The translations under genes and the position numbers were made by a program. This document shows, piece after piece, positions 38,508-46,426 of a stretch of 64,000 nucleotides of DNA (positions are counted from its first letter, which is position 1; every line of letters starts with the position of its first letter). This stretch comes from Escherichia coli (GTDB lineage Bacteria > Pseudomonadota > Gammaproteobacteria > Enterobacterales > Enterobacteriaceae): NCBI RefSeq assembly GCF_048403405.1, contig NZ_CP183129.1. One strand, given 5' to 3'. Under the pieces are notes generated by a model. That model made no database searches and had not been told where the DNA came from. It was given only the letters and a program-made list of their open reading frames with translations.

Positions 38508-38837
38508 ATGGAAACTACCAAGCCTTCATTCCAGGACGTACTGGAATTTGTTCGTCTGTTCCGTCGTAAGAACAAACTGCAACGTGAAATTCAGGACGTT
38601 GAGAAAAAGATCCGTGACAACCAGAAGCGCGTCCTGTTGCTGGACAACCTGAGCGATTACATCAAGCCAGGGATGAGCGTTGAAGCAATCCAGGGCATCA
38701 TCGCCAGCATGAAAGGTGACTATGAAGATCGCGTTGACGATTACATCATCAAAAATGCCGAGCTCTCCAAAGAACGCCGCGATATCTCCAAAAAGCTGAA
38801 AGCTATGGGCGAAATGAAAAACGGCGAAGCGAAGTAA
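38508..38837 (+). CDS. yeeX: UPF0265 protein YeeX (DUF496)
   Basis: 109 aa from [33 protein letters not shown] track N-extension trimmed. Confidence 0.85.
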   Translation: METTKPSFQDVLEFVRLFRRKNKLQREIQDVEKKIRDNQKRVLLLDNLSDYIKPGMSVEAIQGIIASMKGDYEDRVDDYIIKNAELSKERRDISKKLKAMGEMKNGEAK

Positions 38838-38850
38838 TTCCTGTTTTATT

Positions 38851-38880
38851 CAATGAGGGTTGCCCGGCAACCCTCATTGC
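38851..38880 (+). terminator. Rho-independent terminator after yeeX
   Basis: aatgagggttgcccggcaaccctcattg palindrome. Confidence 0.45.
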
Positions 38881-38937
38881 TCATTGATTCTTATCTGTGT
38901 ATCACCGTCATCATTCTCATCTGAGAACCTATCGAAA

Positions 38938-39150
38938 TTAGCGGCAGCCTTCTTCTGTATGCAGCAAGGCAAAAAGTTCTGTAACTCCATTGTTATTAAC
39001 CGCACTGGTTACTAACACGTTGTGCGCTCCAGCTTCCCGTAACCAACATTTCACCAAAGATATTTGTTCCATGCTGGCTAAATCTGCTTTGGTTACTACT
39101 CCAATGACCGGGTGATTCATGGCCCGGTAGGGCGTTTTTACCTCTAATTC
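38938..39150 (-). pseudogene. yoeF: YoeF-like C-terminal fragment of an EutP/PduV-family GTPase
   Basis: C-terminal about 70 aa of ORF 38938..39294 (VIGVVTKADL ... GVTELFALL); upstream part of that ORF is antisense to an IS66-like remnant. Confidence 0.4.
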
Positions 39151-39158
39151 CTGCTTCA

Positions 39159-39320
39159 GCGCTGAGATTCCTGCTTGTTGCCGGAAAAGCAGGCACCTGC
39201 CGTCTGAACGGTATCGATCCGGAAGCGTATCTGCGCCATATTCTGAGCATACTGCCGGAATGGCCCTCCAACCGTGTTGACGAACTCCTGCCATGGAACG
39301 TAGTTCTCACCAATAAATAA
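39159..39320 (+). mobile_element. IS66-family transposase C-terminal remnant
   Basis: Plus-strand translation GTCRLNGIDPEAYLRHILSILPEWPSNRVDELLPWNVVLTNK* resembles IS66 TnpC C-terminus; no intact element. Confidence 0.4.
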
Positions 39321-39734
39321 GCGTCAATATGGTGCTCCGTTGACGCTTACTTTAATCCGTTTTCTGAGCTTAGATTTTTCTGTTCCTACCCAGACCGTGG
39401 ATTTGGAATTCATTTTTTGTCAGGTCAATGCTAATCGTTAAAACGGCCATAACGCACCTCCACTGGAAGGTTTATCAGTAATATCCTACCGTTGCTTCAT
39501 GGTCGGGGCGTCCATTCCATTATTATCGGTTTTCCTTTCTGTTTATAAATGAAAACGCCAGCTGTATTCAGGCTGGCGTCAGGGGAAATGAAGCCTGTTG
39601 AGTGAGATTCACCGGTTCTGGTGCAGAAGCTGCAGATGGCGCAGGGTAAGGACATCTTCTCTTGCCTGCTTAATACAGGACAACAGTGCTGTTTCTGTGG
39701 TTAATGGCACTATACCCTGCATCACTGCATTGTC

Positions 39735-39929
39735 TTACAGCAACTGGTGAGGGCTGGCATAAGTTGCCGGTGTTTCGGTAGAGTCACGGTCATCCACCAC
39801 GCGGAGTGAATAACCGTTTTCAGCGGCCTTATTAATCAGTTCAGTGATATTAACACCATCAATGTCAACGACAATGTGCCCCATATCCAGCGCCTGTACG
39901 TTAACGCTGTCGGCTTCCAGTGTCATCAT
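39735..39929 (-). CDS. yeeW: Prophage protein YeeW
   Basis: 64 aa; start overlaps the cbtA reading-frame end (ATGA); CP4-44 synteny. Confidence 0.65.
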   Translation of the reverse strand: MMTLEADSVNVQALDMGHIVVDIDGVNITELINKAAENGYSLRVVDDRDSTETPATYASPHQLL

Positions 39930-40299
39930 TTCGCCTCCGGATACTTACCCAGGGTAATGTTATTTACCGTTCTGTAATTGTCGCGGGTCATCAGGCCGGT
40001 CGCCCTGCGAGCCCGGAGGATATCGATGCTGTTTATTAACTGAGAGCGGGTACAGGCGCTGAATCCCGGCTGGTCGGTAGCACCAGCGCGTATTTTTCCA
40101 CGAGAAAGTTCACCGCATCACACAGTGAAATGCCTGCCTCAATATGCTGCTCAATCACACGTTCATCGGCAAAAGGTGTGTCATTCTGTGTGAGGCCATA
40201 GTGCTGGTCCAGCAGTCGGGACAGCAGTATCTGCCAGATTTCAACAGGAGACGGGCGAGAACTGGCCGCCTGCCCGGGTAATACAGGTAATGTTTTCAT
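39926..40299 (-). pseudogene. cbtA: CbtA (YeeV) toxin gene, frameshifted
   Basis: N-terminal 72 aa match CbtA; intact ORF ends after 87 aa, while the remainder of the toxin is readable in another frame down to the yeeW start. Confidence 0.65.
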
Positions 40300-40387
40300 A
40301 CTGAAGATTTTCCTGATATGCAGATATAAAAATGGAAAAGTGGCGTGGTGAAAACACCAGGCCGTAGCAGAAGGCTATTCTGGAGAG

Positions 40388-40756
40388 TTAATTTTTCATT
40401 TCGGGCGTCGGATAAACAGCCAGATAAACGTAACCACAACTGCTGAGGGTATCGGCTTTGCAGGTCAGCCCTTTTGCATACAGCGTGACGGTATGCTGAT
40501 GGCGGGGATTCAGTTCACCGCTGGTGAGCATGAGTTCCAGTTGTTTCATCAGCAGCGGAAAGGCCTGGTCCAGGTGGTACGCATCTGCATCGCTGAACAG
40601 GCCTCTGATACCGGCGCGGTCGGCAAGGTAATGCAGGCGGTTACCCTCCTGCACCAGACGTGCCCCGAAACAGGGCGTCACGGTGCAGGGCAGCCCCCAC
40701 CAGGGGCGGTCGTGATTGTCGTCGGGAAGTGTTGTCCCGGGGAGTGTGTCTGACAC
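40388..40756 (-). CDS. cbeA: CbeA (YeeU) antitoxin
   Basis: 122 aa; recalled CbeA sequence; directly upstream of cbtA. Confidence 0.85.
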   Translation of the reverse strand: MSDTLPGTTLPDDNHDRPWWGLPCTVTPCFGARLVQEGNRLHYLADRAGIRGLFSDADAYHLDQAFPLLMKQLELMLTSGELNPRHQHTVTLYAKGLTCKADTLSSCGYVYLAVYPTPEMKN

Positions 40757-40829
40757 GATAAAATCCTTACAGAAAATCGGCTAAGAATGGTCCGGTAGTG
40801 GCGATAATTCTGCTCATCAGAATTCCCAC

Positions 40830-41051
40830 TCAGTTCAGGGTGACGCTCATCAGCCGGACATACGGACCAAAACTGTCCTTACGGCGTTCGGCAAACACGG
40901 CCAGCACACCGGGAATATCCTGCACTTCACGACCGGTATAAACCTCAGCACTGCCGTGCCAGCGGTATTTGCCGGTACAGAACGAAAAAAGACGGGATGC
41001 CGGATGCTGACGGTGAATACGCATGGCTTCGCCACGGGTGATAATTTTCAT
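40830..41051 (-). CDS. yeeT: Prophage protein YeeT (DUF987)
   Basis: 73 aa; conserved position between radC-like gene and cbeA. Confidence 0.75.
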   Translation of the reverse strand: MKIITRGEAMRIHRQHPASRLFSFCTGKYRWHGSAEVYTGREVQDIPGVLAVFAERRKDSFGPYVRLMSVTLN

Positions 41052-41113
41052 AATGGGATACCTCTGAAGACAGAAGATAAAAGTGAAAACAGGTGTGATG
41101 TGGTTGTGACGGG

Positions 41114-41605
41114 TTAAAGCAGACCATGTTCGGCAAAGGAGAAAACCTGGTTGCCACCGACTATCAGATGGTCCGGCACCCGGATATCCACCAGGCCCAG
41201 TGCCTGTACCAGACGTTCCGTGATAAGGCAGTCTGCCTTGCTGGGTGTGACTTCACCGGACGGGTGATTGTGTGCCAGCACCACGGCAGCGGCATTGTGA
41301 TACAGGGCGCGTTTAATCACTTCCCGGGGATGGACTTCCGTGCGGTTGATGGTGCCGGTGAAGAGGGTTTCACCGGCAATCAGCTGATTCTGGTTATTCA
41401 GATACAGCACCCGGAATTCTTCACGCTCCAGTCCCGCCATGTTCAGAATCAGCCATTCCCGTGCCGCACGGGTGGAGGTGAAGGGCACGCCGGGTTCATG
41501 AAGATGGCGGTCCAGGGTTTTCAGGGCCCGCAGAATGAGGCTGCGCTCGCCGGGCGTCATCTCTCCTGGCAGAAAGGAAAGTTGTTGCATTGTGCTTCTC
41601 TCCAT
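41114..41605 (-). CDS. yeeS: RadC-like JAB-domain protein (YeeS/YfjY family)
   Basis: JAMM motif region (HNHPSGEVTPSKADCLIT); likely true start at MQQLSFLPGE. Confidence 0.8.
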   Translation of the reverse strand: MERSTMQQLSFLPGEMTPGERSLILRALKTLDRHLHEPGVPFTSTRAAREWLILNMAGLEREEFRVLYLNNQNQLIAGETLFTGTINRTEVHPREVIKRALYHNAAAVVLAHNHPSGEVTPSKADCLITERLVQALGLVDIRVPDHLIVGGNQVFSFAEHGLL

Positions 41606-42085
41606 TCAGTCGATGATGCGCATAATGGCGCTGCATTCCGGATGCTGCAGGGCGTAATCCCGCAGCCGGTAATAATGGACCGTCATGGCATAACACTCTG
41701 TACGACAGGCATGATGACTGTACGTCATCAGACAGGCAGCAATGCCGGCGGCTTCCGGGCTCATTTCAGCGCGGTTACCGTTCATGACATTGAACAGTAC
41801 CCATGTTTCGTCATCATCGTCATCCGGTTCGGGTACCATAAATGCCCCGCCGTTGTTCAGGGTGTACAGATTCCAGATACCACCGCAGTAGTCTTCGCAC
41901 AGACGGTCCATCCAGCCGAAGACACGGGGCTCCAGGGTCACCCACTGTGGAATGAGGCCAAAATGCTGCGGCCAGAAGCTGATGCGCTGTTCATCAGGGA
42001 CGAGGCTGGCAACCAACTGAGGCGGATTATTCTCTGGTGTTGTAGCTGAATAAATTGTGGGGGTATTCTGAGAAACGGTTTTCAT
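41606..42085 (-). CDS. Antirestriction protein (YfjX/YafX, KlcA/ArdB-like)
   Basis: 159 aa; acidic DDDDDE stretch; conserved prophage position upstream of radC-like gene. Confidence 0.7.
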   Translation of the reverse strand: MKTVSQNTPTIYSATTPENNPPQLVASLVPDEQRISFWPQHFGLIPQWVTLEPRVFGWMDRLCEDYCGGIWNLYTLNNGGAFMVPEPDDDDDETWVLFNVMNGNRAEMSPEAAGIAACLMTYSHHACRTECYAMTVHYYRLRDYALQHPECSAIMRIID

Positions 42086-42166
42086 GAGATAACTCCTTAA
42101 ATAACAAATAAATGTGTGTTTTTCAGGAACGAAAGCTGAATGATTCCCTCACTCAGGGAAACGGCA

Positions 42167-42988
42167 TCAGCGCAGGCTCTCCAGCATCGTTTCTGCCATC
42201 ACCCACAATGCGCGATTGAGCTTAATGTCGGTATCAATGCTGTGAATGGCCCGGGTATGGATACGTTTTCCTCTGGCACTGCGACCGGAAATCCCGCCTT
42301 TCAGCATATTCTCCTGGATGGTCTGATATGCGCTCCACAGGTCCTTACCGTAATCCTCCCGGCGTCGCGGCGTCAGAATGTCGGCGGTGGTGACGGGCTG
42401 ATGTTCGTCACCATAACGGTAAGTCAGTGCCGCCTGTGCCAGCGCCTGGCGTGCCGGTGGCGGCAGGACCAGCGACTGCATGGCATCACGCTTCTCCTCT
42501 ATCCGGTCAAACACGCCCACCACCTCGTAAGCCCCTTCGATAACTTTCTCCACTACATTTCCCCGGTGTGGAACACGCACTTCCCCCAGAGACTGGCCAC
42601 AGACGCACCCGTTCTGGCAGACGAACCTGAAGTAACCCGGCAGCATCTGGTAGCTGGAGGTACCGTCATGAGAGTTGAGCAGAATAATTTCAGGGACATG
42701 TTCTCCGTTTATCTCTCCGGCCCGCCGCAGACGCAGCATGTGTTTTGTGTATCCCCGGCGGCCCGGGTCGCGCACACGGGTCTGGCAGGCGAAGAACGGC
42801 TGAAAGCCTTCCCGCTGCAGATTTTCCAGGACGGTAATGGTGGGAATGTACGCATACCGTTCACTGCGGGAGATGTGCCGGTCTTCCCCAAAAATACTGG
42901 GTACATGGCGTATCAGTTCTTCATGTGTCAGCGGACGGTCACGGCGTATCTGGTTTGCAGCATAACCAAAACGACTGGCTAATCGCAT
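42167..42988 (-). CDS. DUF932-family prophage protein (YfjQ/YafZ-like)
   Basis: 273 aa; recalled family and conserved position in CP4-type elements. Confidence 0.6.
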   Translation of the reverse strand: MRLASRFGYAANQIRRDRPLTHEELIRHVPSIFGEDRHISRSERYAYIPTITVLENLQREGFQPFFACQTRVRDPGRRGYTKHMLRLRRAGEINGEHVPEIILLNSHDGTSSYQMLPGYFRFVCQNGCVCGQSLGEVRVPHRGNVVEKVIEGAYEVVGVFDRIEEKRDAMQSLVLPPPARQALAQAALTYRYGDEHQPVTTADILTPRRREDYGKDLWSAYQTIQENMLKGGISGRSARGKRIHTRAIHSIDTDIKLNRALWVMAETMLESLR

Positions 42989-43043
42989 ACTTTGCTCCTT
43001 ATCGGTGGTTAAGATTTACTGGTGCAATAAATGAAAAAAGCCG

Positions 43044-43076
43044 CGTCTCCCGGAGAAGACGCGGCCTGACGGGTGA
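43044..43076 (-). terminator. Rho-independent terminator closing the cargo module
   Basis: Minus-strand hairpin gccgcgtcttctccgggagacgcggc followed by TTTTTTCATTT. Confidence 0.5.
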
Positions 43077-43208
43077 AATGAATAAGGTTTATTGTCTGAG
43101 AGGCCTTTCACTGGCGAGCCACGCATTAAGCGGCTTTCCGGTAACAATGGCTGGGGCTGTATTTACCTTTGATATTAATAATGTGCAGAGAAACGCATGG
43201 TTTACTCC

Positions 43209-43619
43209 TTAGATTTTAAGTTTGTCCTGGGCTACAACGACAGGTTTTCCGGATGTGTCGATGACTCCTACCGTCGGTACGCCATTTTTGATTTCGAAGA
43301 ACGGTTTGTTGCTACCTGAGCACAGTTGATTGTCCCCGTATTCAATCATTTGTGCTTTCCCGGTTTTCAGGTTAACTACCGAGACAGTGTAGTCGTAGCA
43401 CCAGGCACCACCACGCTCAAGCACGAAAACATAGCTGTTATCTTTATAGTTGAACTGATTCTTTGTCTGGCAATTCATACCGTCAATTTCGGTACAGGAA
43501 AACGCTTCTGTAGTATTAACGTATTTGATGTTATTTGGCAGTTTTACTTGTTTCGCAGTAGCGAAGACAGAGAACAGAATAGTTACAGCAACGAGTAAAG
43601 TTTTGATAAAAGTTTTCAT
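43209..43619 (-). CDS. Small secreted protein, 4 Cys, unknown function
   Basis: 136 aa; signal peptide MKTFIKTLLVAVTILFSVFATA; low GC. Confidence 0.55.
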   Translation of the reverse strand: MKTFIKTLLVAVTILFSVFATAKQVKLPNNIKYVNTTEAFSCTEIDGMNCQTKNQFNYKDNSYVFVLERGGAWCYDYTVSVVNLKTGKAQMIEYGDNQLCSGSNKPFFEIKNGVPTVGVIDTSGKPVVVAQDKLKI

Positions 43620-43634
43620 GATAGACTCCTTAAA

Positions 43635-44123
43635 TTAGTTAACCGCAGCTACGTAGTTTTTCACCAGATACGCGAATTCATGCACGCCAATTTCACCGAA
43701 CCAAACCAGGTAGGCCGGGTCATCTAAACCAAAGTAACGGTAGCCAACAACTTCATGGGTTTTTGGGTTATAGAGTGTTACGATAAAGTCCCAGCCGCAG
43801 GTATTGGCTTTGCAACCGTCGCCCTGGAACCAGACTGTACCGTTAATGTTTACTGGCGTGATACCTCCACCAGGGCCATCCATATAGCCGCCTTTACCGA
43901 ACATGCCGCTCAGTCCGACCGGTTTTAATGCTTTGTCGATAGCGGCTTTGTAGGTAGCGTCACCTTCGTACAACTCGTACGTTGATGGACACGCTCCAGG
44001 TTGTTCAGCCCAGGCTTCCGGGTTACAACTAAGAGCTTGTTTTACGGTAGCCGCTTCTGCGTTAAAGTTAAAGCCCGTGAACAGAACCGCCAGAAATAAC
44101 ATAAGGGTATGTAAACGTTTCAT
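43635..44123 (-). CDS. Secreted protein, possible Ivy-like lysozyme inhibitor (variant CKxxxCG motif)
   Basis: Start chosen at MKRLHTLMLFLAVLFTGFNFNAEA signal peptide; ORF is open in frame up to 44426 with a second signal-like segment; GDGCKANTCGWDFIV resembles Ivy CKPHDCG region. Confidence 0.5.
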   Translation of the reverse strand: MKRLHTLMLFLAVLFTGFNFNAEAATVKQALSCNPEAWAEQPGACPSTYELYEGDATYKAAIDKALKPVGLSGMFGKGGYMDGPGGGITPVNINGTVWFQGDGCKANTCGWDFIVTLYNPKTHEVVGYRYFGLDDPAYLVWFGEIGVHEFAYLVKNYVAAVN

Positions 44124-44453
44124 TGTAAATATTCTTCCGTTGTAAATGGCGCTGGAAAATTTCTCATCAGTGAAACCTTCCGGAAGTTTCCCCCCCTTGT
44201 ATGATGTATATCGCCAGTATTTTATTTCATCCCGGCTGTAATTTTTATATTCCCCGGCACGTGCAATAACGCTGACCAGAGATATAAGGCTCATTAATAA
44301 CTTTACAGGTAATTTCATAATTAAATTTCCAGTGAGTGAATTGACAGGTGAGGGGTAAAACTTTCTCTCAGGTAATATATATCTGAAAATATTTTCAATA
44401 ACACCAGACAGGAAAAACACCACCACAGGCGGTGGCGTTTCTTTGGGGCGTCT

Positions 44454-45524
44454 TTATTTAATCCGGGCCATCGCGTTTCTCAGTGCCAAATCTGCCTCTT
44501 CCGTTATATCCAGGCTTTTCTGCAATACCGCCTCTGACCGGGTCAGTGCCTGACGTGCTGCCAGCGGTTTCCGGATATGCTCCATCGCCAGCATCGTGTC
44601 TTCATAGCCCTGCTGACGCCAGGCGTCGGTATGTGCCGATGTAAAACTGAGCAGACCGCCGCTGTTGCCACCATCACCTGCATATTTCAGCCTTTTCCGG
44701 GGACGGATCTCAAGGATTGTGGTGTCCGGAAAAGCCTGGCGATCCCATAAAGAACCGTCACTCAGATGCGTCACAATCACCATATTGCATCCGGCATCGA
44801 CCAGAGGCGTCACAGGGGTATTTCCCTGCATATTTCGCCATCCTCCCATACCACCATCACCGAACATTGTCCCCTGAACCTCACGGGGACGGAACAGCAG
44901 GGGCAGCGCGGCTGACGCAAGCAGAGCCTCTTTCTGCTGTCCGCGGGGCAGGCTCTGGATATGCTGAAAAACGGCGTTTTTCGTGGTTCCGACACCCAGT
45001 TCAGCACGAATGCAGTCAATAATATCCTGCATGCCCCCTTCTGTGGGGTACAGCGACACATACAGCGGTAGCCCGTCTGCCAGAGCATCAGTATCAAGAT
45101 AATGATCCATCAGCGCTGTCAGGGGCTCATCTGACAACAACGGCTGAGCCATCAGATTGTCAAACCCGTTGATTGTCGATATATGGCGAAGAAGCGTCGT
45201 AAGCAGTGCTCCTGCACGTCCGGGGATCTGGCAGAGGTTCATTGCCTGGAACAATTTTTTCAGCAATGAAAAGTAAACCAATCTGTTTACCGACAGCACC
45301 TGATTATTCCCCAGATGATCCCAGAGCGCCTCCAGGCGTACGGCAGCTTCTGACAGATCGGTAGAGGCCGCGATAATGGCACCATTGAATGCGCCAATGC
45401 TGGCCCCTGAAACCATGCTGATCTGTGTACCACACTCTGCCAGTGCCTTAACCACTCCCGCCTGATAAGCGCCCACCGCCCCGCCACCGGACAGCACCAG
45501 CCCCGTTTTCATTTCTGTACTCAT
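44454..45524 (-). CDS. Patatin-like phospholipase
   Basis: 356 aa; oxyanion GGGAVGAYQAG, nucleophile GxSxG (GASIG), catalytic DGG (FGDGGMGG); start ATG overlaps upstream stop (ATGA). Confidence 0.8.
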   Translation of the reverse strand: MSTEMKTGLVLSGGGAVGAYQAGVVKALAECGTQISMVSGASIGAFNGAIIAASTDLSEAAVRLEALWDHLGNNQVLSVNRLVYFSLLKKLFQAMNLCQIPGRAGALLTTLLRHISTINGFDNLMAQPLLSDEPLTALMDHYLDTDALADGLPLYVSLYPTEGGMQDIIDCIRAELGVGTTKNAVFQHIQSLPRGQQKEALLASAALPLLFRPREVQGTMFGDGGMGGWRNMQGNTPVTPLVDAGCNMVIVTHLSDGSLWDRQAFPDTTILEIRPRKRLKYAGDGGNSGGLLSFTSAHTDAWRQQGYEDTMLAMEHIRKPLAARQALTRSEAVLQKSLDITEEADLALRNAMARIK

Positions 45525-46426
45525 GCAGCCCCCTTCTGAAATATTTCATCGACCATACTTTCAGAGAGGCGTTCTGCAGAGCAGAGGCGAGGCATGCGAA
45601 CCGGTAAGTGTTCTGCAGCCTGCGTGGTTGACCAGATCACCGGATGCTGCTCTTCACTGCACCAGTCTCCCAGCCAGTTAATCGCGTCATGCCACTCGTT
45701 ATCTGCCTGCTCCCGGCCCTGACCACCAAGCCAGTCCAGAGTGTTCAGACGCACGGTTGCACTACCGCCACTCTCCTGTGCCATCTGCGTTAATGCTTTA
45801 TGTCTGAGAATATCCAGTAGCTGGTTAACCTGGCCTGTTTCGCTCTGACGTATCACATCACCAAACGCGCCCCAGCGAAGCTCTTCAAGTGCCACATAAC
45901 AACGTCCGGCAGGGGAAAATGACGCATATCGCCCGGCGCTCCACCATGAGAATATCTGCTCAAGATGTAACTGCGCCCGCTGAACCTGGTCAACACGGTG
46001 GAGTTTTTCTTCAAGATGATTCAGTTTATGGTGAACCTGATCGGCCAGGGTGAGTAACTGCTCCCGCGTATCTGCGGAATAATGCGCCAGCCTGGCTGTA
46101 TCACTGACCAGTGAACTGACCCTGTCGTTTACCCGGGTAATCGCGTAGTTTGTGGTGGCAAGTGACGTTGTCATCTCCGTCAGCCAGCGCAGGGACGCCT
46201 CAACGCCCTGTGCAAGCGACGCATTGATGGCATTCTGCCGTGCAGCGCCTTCGCCGGTCAGCCCCTCTTTTAAACGCCGGAAGAACGTGCGCTCTCCGGC
46301 CGTGCGGATATGCTCCTGTGCAACATCGATTCCGTTTGCGAAATCAACCACAAATTTTTCAGGAAGACAGGTGAGTACCTGACATACCCGGTTATCAGCA
46401 ATTTGTTGAATAAATGGTGAAGTCAC
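45521..46426 (-). CDS. Hypothetical 301-aa alpha-helical protein coupled between the GTPase and the phospholipase
   Basis: GTG start overlaps stop of upstream gene, own stop overlaps patatin ATG; no recognised motif. Confidence 0.55.
   Translation of the reverse strand: MTSPFIQQIADNRVCQVLTCLPEKFVVDFANGIDVAQEHIRTAGERTFFRRLKEGLTGEGAARQNAINASLAQGVEASLRWLTEMTTSLATTNYAITRVNDRVSSLVSDTARLAHYSADTREQLLTLADQVHHKLNHLEEKLHRVDQVQRAQLHLEQIFSWWSAGRYASFSPAGRCYVALEELRWGAFGDVIRQSETGQVNQLLDILRHKALTQMAQESGGSATVRLNTLDWLGGQGREQADNEWHDAINWLGDWCSEEQHPVIWSTTQAAEHLPVRMPRLCSAERLSESMVDEIFQKGAA

Noticed and set aside
41126-42049. 307-aa plus-strand ORF
   Set aside because: Antisense to the RadC-like and antirestriction genes, which have recognisable motifs and conserved prophage order.
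42140-42982. 280-aa plus-strand ORF
   Set aside because: Antisense to the DUF932 gene; composition-driven open frame.
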